From: Candidatus Bipolaricaulia bacterium
Lineage (GTDB): Bacteria; Bipolaricaulota; Bipolaricaulia; JBHIAT01
NCBI GenBank assembly: GCA_046758705.1
Contig: JBHIAT010000120.1
Location: forward strand, 1 to 11,731
Direction of reading: 5' to 3'
DNA length: 11,731 bases
This document shows, piece by piece, positions 1 through 5,987 of the stretch. Both the position numbers and the translations under genes were made by a program. Under the pieces are notes generated by a model, which was not told the origin of the DNA, did not search any database, and was given only the letters and a program-made list of their open reading frames with translations. Each line of letters opens with the position of its first letter. The stretch's first letter is position 1.

Positions 1-598
1 TCATCAGCACCCACGGCGTCCACCAGTCACCGAACACCGTCAGTCCGAAGATGCTTCCAAATCCCAGCAGTTCACGCACCACACCCAGCAGCGTCAGCGA
101 CATCAGAAAGCCAAACCCGGTTCCCAGCGCATCCATGGTCGCCAGCCACGGCCTGTGGCCCGAGGCGTACGCTTCGGCTCGTCCGAGTATGAAGCAGTTG
201 GTGATGATCAACGCCACGTAGGGTCCCAACTGTTTGCTGAGGGACGGGATGTACGCCTTGAGGAACAGATCGACGAGGGTGACGTAGAAGGCGATGATGA
301 TCATGTAGGAGGCAATGCGCACCCGATCGGGGACGATGTTTCGGATCAGGGACACCGTCGCCGAGGAGGCGGCCACCGAGAAGGTGGTGGCCAATGCCAT
401 GCCGACGGCATTGGTGGCGGTGTTGGTGACGGCCAAGGTGGGGCACATGGCCAGGACCATGCGAAACGTGGGGTTGTCGTCCCAGATATCTTTGACGAGC
501 TCTTTGAACGATTCGGTCTTGGTCCAGCGTCGCCAGGTGGGCAGGGTTTCGGTGGTGGCGGGTGCCTGGGCCTGAGCCCGCTCGATGTTTTCAGCCAT
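1..598 (-). CDS. rnfE: Rnf electron transport complex subunit E (RnfE/NqrD family), 3'-truncated by window edge
   Basis: Not in the ORF track (no stop inside the window). Manual translation from ATG at 598 gives MAENIERAQ...DIWDDNPTFRMVLAMCPTLAVTN...YVALIITNCFILGRAEAYA...VRELLGFG, with the two conserved Cys motifs (CPxLAVT, NCxILGRAE). GAGGAGGGAG RBS upstream; follows rnfG. Confidence 0.93.
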   Translation of the reverse strand, partial: MAENIERAQAQAPATTETLPTWRRWTKTESFKELVKDIWDDNPTFRMVLAMCPTLAVTNTATNAVGMALATTFSVAASSATVSLIRNIVPDRVRIASYMIIIAFYVTLVDLFLKAYIPSLSKQLGPYVALIITNCFILGRAEAYASGHRPWLATMDALGTGFGFLMSLTLLGVVRELLGFGSIFGLTVFGDWWTPWVLM

Positions 599-622
599 TG
601 GATCTCCCTCCTCTTCTATATT

Positions 623-1243
623 CTATTGTGCAAGAATCTCCCTCAATCTGTCAAGCTCTGCATTCAACAGCCTTCGGATCGCTGTCGAGGTGAACGTCGC
701 TCCGGTAATCGCCCGGTAGATGTTCGGCGCGGTCGGATCCGCAAATCGGATGAAGTCGACATGTTGCGGATCTTCCCATTTCACCTGCAACCCGTTGAAC
801 TGCGCTCGAAATTCAGCCTCCTCCATCCGCTGTCCCAGGCCGGGGGTCTCGCCGGTCTCGACGACCTCCATCCCGGTCAGCGTCCCCAGGTCCGGTTCGA
901 CCCCGATGGCCATGTCGACGATCCCCTGGAACCCGCCGCCTTGGGGGCGGATCACATATCCGATGATCTCTCCGCTCTCGTCCCGGCCGATCCAGTAGGT
1001 GAAGTCGTCGACCGTCTCCTCGGTGACGTAGCGGTTAAACGTCTCAAGCTGCTGGTCGAAGTCATCCTCGTCAAACGCGATGTCAAGGACGGCCATGATA
1101 TTCTGGCGCAGCCTTCTGGCGCCCGCTGCCTTGATCGTCGGTTCGGTGACGGTGGCGGCGATCGCAAGCACCAGGGCCGCAGCCACTGCGATCCCGGTCA
1201 TCACCCAGATCATCTTCAGCCCGGTCCGATCAATCAGCTTCAT
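623..1243 (-). CDS. rnfG: Rnf subunit G (FMN-binding, RnfG/NqrC family)
   Basis: N-terminal TM anchor, GFQG, ETPGLG and ITGATFTS (flavinylation motif S/TGAT). Start reassigned to ATG 1243 (MKLIDRTG), 5 bp after the rnfD stop and preceded by GGAGG. The 1408 start in the track overlaps rnfD. Confidence 0.92.
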   Translation of the reverse strand: MKLIDRTGLKMIWVMTGIAVAAALVLAIAATVTEPTIKAAGARRLRQNIMAVLDIAFDEDDFDQQLETFNRYVTEETVDDFTYWIGRDESGEIIGYVIRPQGGGFQGIVDMAIGVEPDLGTLTGMEVVETGETPGLGQRMEEAEFRAQFNGLQVKWEDPQHVDFIRFADPTAPNIYRAITGATFTSTAIRRLLNAELDRLREILAQ

Positions 1244-1248
1244 AGGCG

Positions 1249-2361
1249 CTATACCGCCTCCCTCCGATAGCCTTTCGGCAGGGTGAGTAGGTCGATCAGT
1301 GGGGTGAACATGTTCATGAGCAGTACGGCAAACAGGACGCCTTCTGCAAACCCGGTCAGCGCTCGAATCAATACGGTGAGTACACCGCAGCCGATCCCGA
1401 AGATCCACTTGCCCCGGCTGAGCATCGGATGGGTGACTGGATCGGTGAGCATGAAGAAAGCCGCGAGGAACACGCCGCCGGCCAGCATCTGGAACAGTGG
1501 GGGGGCGAACCTCTCCGGAGTCAGGATGTTAAGCCCCCAGGCGAGCAGGCCGACCGTCCCGATGTAGCTCAGCGGTACCCGCCAGTCGATGATCTTGGTG
1601 ACGATCAGCAAAATCCCACCCAACAGCAGCAACAGTGCCGAGGTCTCTCCAATCGACCCGGAGATGTTCCCCAAGAACATCTCTCGCAACGGGAAAGTCT
1701 CCGCTGTGGCCTTGAAGTTAATCAATGGGGTTGCCCGGCTAATCGCATCGGAGGAAATGGCATAGGTTCCAAACCCGGCAACGCCCCCGACCATCGGCTC
1801 CGCCCATCGGGTGGTCATCTCGACCGGGAACGAGATGAGCAGAAACGCCCGACCGACCAGTGCCGGGTTGAAGATGTTGTTCCCGGTTCCGCCAAAGATC
1901 TCCTTGCCCATCGCGACCCCGACGATGATTCCCAACGCCACCATCCATAGGGGGGTCGTCGGCGGCAGAGTGAGCGGGAACAGGATCCCGGTGACCAGAA
2001 GTCCCTCGGTGATGTCCTCTCCACGGACGTAGCTGAAGATCATCTCGGTGAGCCCGCCGACCGTATAAGAGACAGCCACGATCGCCAGCGCCCGCCAGCC
2101 GAAGAAGTAGATGCCTGCCAGCGTCGGTAGCATGAGCCCGATGATCGGCATCGACATGAACCGCTGCATCCCGATGTTGTCCCGCAGGTACGGGAAAGTA
2201 TCGGCGACCAGCTCGGTCCCGCCGAAGAGGAATCCCTCAGCACCCTTAACAAGCGGGGTTAACTTCTTTAATCGCTCGTCCGATTCCACCCGGTTGTTGA
2301 GGTTCTCGAACAACCGTTCAAGGCGCTCCTCGATCGCCCGAGATCTCTCTTGGTCGGCCAT
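1249..2361 (-). CDS. rnfD: Rnf subunit D (RnfD/NqrB family) membrane flavoprotein
   Basis: Polytopic protein with EGLLVTGILFPLTLPP, KEIFGGTGNNIFNPALVGRAFL, DAISRATPL (covalent FMN Thr), GSIGETS, FFMLTDPVT and EGVLFAVLLMNMFTPLID. Confidence 0.95.
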   Translation of the reverse strand: MADQERSRAIEERLERLFENLNNRVESDERLKKLTPLVKGAEGFLFGGTELVADTFPYLRDNIGMQRFMSMPIIGLMLPTLAGIYFFGWRALAIVAVSYTVGGLTEMIFSYVRGEDITEGLLVTGILFPLTLPPTTPLWMVALGIIVGVAMGKEIFGGTGNNIFNPALVGRAFLLISFPVEMTTRWAEPMVGGVAGFGTYAISSDAISRATPLINFKATAETFPLREMFLGNISGSIGETSALLLLLGGILLIVTKIIDWRVPLSYIGTVGLLAWGLNILTPERFAPPLFQMLAGGVFLAAFFMLTDPVTHPMLSRGKWIFGIGCGVLTVLIRALTGFAEGVLFAVLLMNMFTPLIDLLTLPKGYRREAV

Positions 2362-2425
2362 TGGTGCTCGCTATGCTCCCTTCTGGGTCAGGCGGTCAAA
2401 AACCAGAGTTCTTCAGTCCGCATTT

Positions 2426-2454
2426 ATATTAGTCCATCAACCCTCAAATGTCAA
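2426..2454 (-). promoter_or_regulatory. Putative internal sigma70 promoter upstream of rnfD
   Basis: Minus strand TTGACA (2454-2449), 17-bp spacer, TAATAT (2431-2426), in the 131-bp AT-richer rnfC-rnfD gap. Confidence 0.55.
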
Positions 2455-2492
2455 GCGATCCTATCATGAATCAGAAGGGCCTTATCGTCACT

Positions 2493-3935
2493 TTACTGCC
2501 CCTCCATCATCTGTCGTTCGAGCTTCTCCTTCCCTTCCTTGATCAACGCGGCCAGCGGGATCTTTGACGGACAGACGTAAGAGCAGAGCCCGCAGTCGAT
2601 GCAAGCGAAGATATTCAGATCCTGAGCCCGATCGAACATCTCGTGCTGTGCGTACCGGGCGAGGAAGATCGGCGAGATGTCCACCGGACAGACGTCGAAG
2701 CAATAACCACAGCGGACGCATTCTCGCGGTTCGCCGTGCAGACCGACATCCGCCTGTTTGGCTTTGTCGCCACCGGGGACCGGCGGAAACACTCCCGTAT
2801 AGGAGCTCCGATCGAACCCGGGTTTGACGAACGCCAGCAATTCCCGGGTCGGTCGCTTGAGCACGGTGACCGCCTGGGTATTCTTTAACACCGGTGCCTC
2901 CAGGCTCTCCTGCGCATGGCCTCGTATCGGTCCGCCGAGCAGAATCACCCCCACCTGTTCCTCGATCAACCGATCCGAAAGCAATGCTTTGAGCGGGGTC
3001 CCGACCCGCACCCAGAAGTTTCCTGTATGTTGTAATGCCGAGCCGCTGATCGAGGTCGTCCGTTCGACGAACGGCCGGCCCAAGATCACCGCATCATAGG
3101 CGGCAACCAAGTACTGTACATCGACGACGACGGCGCCGACGTCGGTGGTGTACCCCCGGGTCGGTTCGGTTGGCACGTAGAGATCGAGCAGCGTCCTGAG
3201 CAGTACGTCATCCTCCCCTTGAGGGTACTTGGGACGGAGCGGGTGGATATAAAACCAATCCAGATGTTGGATCCGAGTCTCAAGTTCCTCGATGATCCGG
3301 GGCTTGTTATAGCCGATCCCGACGTGAACCTCCACGTTGCCGAGCGCGGTGCGCATGATCCGGATCCCGGTGAAGAACTTTTCGAACTCCTCGTAGATGA
3401 GCTGGTCTTCGGCTTCGAGATACGGCTCGGTCTCGACCGCATTGATTACCAGATACTTCACATTGCCGGGCTCGGTTTGGGCGGAGTTGAACGGTGTAGG
3501 GAATCCGGTCCGCCCGATGTCGGTCACCCCGCCAAGGTACAACAGCTCACCGAGCTCCTCCTGGCTTTTGCGTTCGAATGCCCCCCCGGCTTCCGCCAAC
3601 GTCTCCCAGCTGTCCTCGCCGTCGGACTCGATCACCACCGCCGTTGCCTCTCCGCCCAGTGGGTGCGGCCGTTCCTCGATCTCGACCACCTCTCCTGAGA
3701 TGCTGGCGTGGATCGGCGTTGAAACGACTTCATCATCTCGACCGATGATCTGGCCTGTCTTCACCCGGTCGCCGACCTCCACCTGGGGTTTGACCGCCTC
3801 GCCGACCCCCGGCTTAAGAAAAACAGTCACCCGGTCGGGTGGGGGGAGGCGCTCCAGCCGTTCAAACCTTGGCGTCCCTTCATACAGGTCGAAGTAGTGT
3901 CCCCCTTTGAACGTCTTGAGTGTCTCTAAAGGCAT
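2493..3935 (-). CDS. rnfC: Rnf subunit C-like protein (RnfC/NqrA family) with two [4Fe-4S] motifs
   Basis: KTFKGG start, VGDRVKTGQ and PIHASISGEV (N-terminal domain), GFPT, INAVETEPY, KYPQG, VRVGTP, GGP, plus CVRCGYCFDVCP and CIDCGLCSYVCPSKIPL. Confidence 0.92.
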   Translation of the reverse strand: MPLETLKTFKGGHYFDLYEGTPRFERLERLPPPDRVTVFLKPGVGEAVKPQVEVGDRVKTGQIIGRDDEVVSTPIHASISGEVVEIEERPHPLGGEATAVVIESDGEDSWETLAEAGGAFERKSQEELGELLYLGGVTDIGRTGFPTPFNSAQTEPGNVKYLVINAVETEPYLEAEDQLIYEEFEKFFTGIRIMRTALGNVEVHVGIGYNKPRIIEELETRIQHLDWFYIHPLRPKYPQGEDDVLLRTLLDLYVPTEPTRGYTTDVGAVVVDVQYLVAAYDAVILGRPFVERTTSISGSALQHTGNFWVRVGTPLKALLSDRLIEEQVGVILLGGPIRGHAQESLEAPVLKNTQAVTVLKRPTRELLAFVKPGFDRSSYTGVFPPVPGGDKAKQADVGLHGEPRECVRCGYCFDVCPVDISPIFLARYAQHEMFDRAQDLNIFACIDCGLCSYVCPSKIPLAALIKEGKEKLERQMMEGQ

Positions 3936-3973
3936 TGACGGTTACCACTCTCTCTGCGAACGGAGGTTCAAGT

Positions 3974-4753
3974 TCAAGATCTGCGGGTGCCGACCGACTC
4001 CCGTTTCTGTTCCTTGCGCAACGGCTTGCTGAGGCCATCCGCGCGCACCCGCCAAATATGCAGGAAGATAAACAGCAACATGACGGCCGGGAACAGGATG
4101 ACATGAGTCACATAAAACCTGATCAGCGATGGTTGCCCCAACTCAGTCCCTCCGAACAGGGCAAATTTCGCCTGATCCCCGAAGAACGGCGTCGCTCCGG
4201 CAATGTTTGAGGCGATGCTCGCCGCCCAGTAGGCGAGCTGATCCCAGGGAAGCAGATACCCGGTGAAGCCCATGACATAGGTGAAGACGAACAGAAGTAC
4301 CCCGAGCACCCAGTTAAACTGACGGGGCTTCTGATAGGAGCCGGTGAAGAACACCCGGATCATGTGGATGGTGACGGTCACGACCATCAGGTTGGCCGAC
4401 CAGCGGTGCAGGTTCCGGGTGAATCGCCCCAGGGTGACGACGTTGCTGATCTCCAGGATGCTGTTGTAAGCGCGCTCCACCGAGGGGATATAGTAGAACA
4501 TCAGGAAGATCCCGGTCAACAGGGTGACGAAGTAAAGCCAGAGCGAGATCGCCCCCATGTACCAGGTATAAGAGAACGCCAACGCGCGCTTGCTCTCCCG
4601 AGCACCGACCCACCAAAGATGGACAAAGAAGTTCCGGCTGATCACCGAAATCCGCTCGGCGGTGGTACGCGGCAGATGGTCCCGTCTGAAGATCGACCGC
4701 CAGACCTCCGTCCGTCTCACATACTGGAACAGCAGCAGCAGCTTGTCGATCAT
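3974..4753 (-). CDS. Cytochrome b6-like protein (cytochrome b N-terminal domain, PetB/QcrB-like)
   Basis: TGIFLMFYYIPS..AYNS, RNLHRWSANLMV...HMIRVFFTGSY.KPRQFNW, FTGYLLPWDQLAYWA, RFYVTH...LHIWRVRADGLSKPL. Four heme-ligand His, with 14 residues between the helix-D pair (b6-type spacing). Confidence 0.93.
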   Translation of the reverse strand: MIDKLLLLFQYVRRTEVWRSIFRRDHLPRTTAERISVISRNFFVHLWWVGARESKRALAFSYTWYMGAISLWLYFVTLLTGIFLMFYYIPSVERAYNSILEISNVVTLGRFTRNLHRWSANLMVVTVTIHMIRVFFTGSYQKPRQFNWVLGVLLFVFTYVMGFTGYLLPWDQLAYWAASIASNIAGATPFFGDQAKFALFGGTELGQPSLIRFYVTHVILFPAVMLLFIFLHIWRVRADGLSKPLRKEQKRESVGTRRS

Positions 4754-4778
4754 CGTGTCATCGTTCGTCTACAGATCT

Positions 4779-5360
4779 CTAAATATCGACCGGCTCTCCT
4801 TGGTCGTTGATGTGCCTGCCGTCCGGGGTCAGGTAGATGTTGTGATCGATCCCCTTCCAGTAACTGCCTTTGTCGATCGACTTATCGACCAGCAGCCGGC
4901 CGTCGACCGCCAGCGTCATCAGGAAGAACGGCAGCGGCAGCGGCGCCGGCCCATTAATAACGGAGCCGTCCCGGGCGAACACGCTCCCGTGACACGGGCA
5001 TTCGAAACGCAATCTGGTTGAGCTCCACTTCGGCTTACAGCCCAGATGAGTACAAACGTTGGAGATCGCCTGGAATCCCAATTCAGCTCGAAAGACGAAG
5101 ACCCGTTGGTCCCCCATGTCTCCGATGTCCCCGATCTGAAAGTCGGAGGGCTGCCCCGCGGAAAAGATCGGCGAGGATTCAAAGGTGATGCTGGGGTAGA
5201 AGAGTCCGACACCCCAGGCTGTAACGGTCCCCAGAACCAACGTGAGCGATCCCAAACCGAGGCGGGCGAAGAACCGCCGGCGGGTGATCTGCTGGGCTTC
5301 CTTCGGGATACCTGAAAATAGCTCCGGCTGCTCCGGCCTTCTCTCTAGCTCGCTTCCCAC
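4779..5360 (-). CDS. Rieske [2Fe-2S] protein of Rieske/cytochrome b type (PetC/QcrA-like) with Tat anchor
   Basis: TRRRFF twin-arginine motif followed by a hydrophobic helix; CTHLGC and CPCHGS boxes; GPAPLPL loop. GTG start preceded by GAAGGAAGG. Confidence 0.93.
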   Translation of the reverse strand: MGSELERRPEQPELFSGIPKEAQQITRRRFFARLGLGSLTLVLGTVTAWGVGLFYPSITFESSPIFSAGQPSDFQIGDIGDMGDQRVFVFRAELGFQAISNVCTHLGCKPKWSSTRLRFECPCHGSVFARDGSVINGPAPLPLPFFLMTLAVDGRLLVDKSIDKGSYWKGIDHNIYLTPDGRHINDQGEPVDI

Positions 5361-5390
5361 ATCTGACCTTCCTTCTTCAGTACGTTGCCC

Positions 5391-5419
5391 ATTTTATGGA
5401 ACCGGATCGGATATGTCAA
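5391..5419 (-). promoter_or_regulatory. sigma70 promoter of the Rieske-cytb-rnf operon
   Basis: Minus strand TTGACA (5419-5414), 17 bp, TAAAAT (5396-5391), 30 bp upstream of the Rieske GTG. Confidence 0.75.
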
Positions 5420-5534
5420 GGATACAGATCGATCCGACTTTAGTTCGGCGTAGCTTTCCGTTTCTAAGTAATCCTCTTGACAAATTTATACAATCCAACC
5501 CCATTATACTATGACCGACGTCATTCCAAAATAT

Positions 5535-5549
5535 GATATGAATCATATC
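5535..5549. promoter_or_regulatory. Palindromic candidate operator GATATGA-A-TCATATC
   Basis: Perfect 7-1-7 inverted repeat in the AT-rich region between the divergent promoters. Confidence 0.4.
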
Positions 5550-5564
5550 TTGATTTGAGTTCCT

Positions 5565-5594
5565 TTGACAGGTGATCCGACGGTGAGCTATAGT
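5565..5594 (+). promoter_or_regulatory. sigma70 promoter of the aldehyde dehydrogenase gene
   Basis: TTGACA (5565-5570), 18 bp, TATAGT (5589-5594). Followed by a purine-rich RBS (GGAAGGAAGGAAAGGG) and ATG at 5639. Confidence 0.65.
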
Positions 5595-5648
5595 AATGTT
5601 AGAATTAGGGATCTGGAAGGAAGGAAAGGGAACTATTCATGGAGATTT

Positions 5649-5902
5649 GTGACGCTCCACGCACTAAAGTACGTGGCTTCTCGCTTCACAGACGGAACTT
5701 GCACAAGCAGAGGTTCTCGTCTCCACGCAGGCCGCGCCCGGCCTGGTACACACAGCATTTTAGTTTCTTTAGGCCAGGCTTGGTGGCGGTTAGCTTCTGT
5801 CTCGCTGAACCGCAAAACGCTGGCAAAATACACCTGGCTATACCCACAACGTTTTACGTTGCGCAGGGTTGTGGCAACAACCCCCTACGTTGTCAAAGAC
5901 CT
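5649..5902 (-). ncRNA. Putative TnpB omegaRNA (reRNA)-like structured RNA
   Basis: Lies downstream of an internal promoter, is rich in hairpins (5691-5721, 5786-5813, 5847-5861, 5866-5883) and ends exactly at the IS right end TCAC. The 5' end is estimated from the -10 position. Confidence 0.6.
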
Positions 5903-5908
5903 ATGGTG

Positions 5909-5937
5909 GTTATACCACATGCAGGAGGGGAAGTCAA
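5909..5937 (-). promoter_or_regulatory. sigma70 promoter inside the IS element
   Basis: Minus strand TTGACT (5937-5932), 17 bp, TATAAC (5914-5909), just inside the left-end hairpin. Confidence 0.7.
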
Positions 5938-5987
5938 GGGCGGCTGTATCCGCGCACTAAAAGTACGCGGTTTTAGCCGCTGAAAGA

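Noticed and set aside
620-654. TTGACA at the end of rnfG as a promoter for rnfE
   Set aside because: Only a weak CACAAT at 18 bp; the better TAGAAT is 23 bp away; lies within coding sequence.
155-1270. 371-aa plus-strand ORF
   Set aside because: Antisense to rnfE/rnfG, low-complexity translation, no motifs or RBS.
1244-1408. Extended N-terminus of RnfG from the ORF track
   Set aside because: Overlaps rnfD by 160 bp; ATG 1243 has an RBS and gives a normal RnfG length.
5477-5510. TTGACA...TATACT plus-strand promoter
   Set aside because: The spacer is 22 bp, outside the sigma70 range.
5940-5980. Hairpin as an intrinsic terminator
   Set aside because: It is the IS left-end hairpin (near copy of 5657-5676) and lies just before a start codon rather than after a gene.
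5565-5983. Short ORFs 5565-5960, 5633-5833 and 5639-5983 as a transposase or stand-alone genes
   Set aside because: No HUH/Tyr, RuvC or zinc-finger motifs. 5639-5983 is best explained as the old ALDH start reading into the inserted element.
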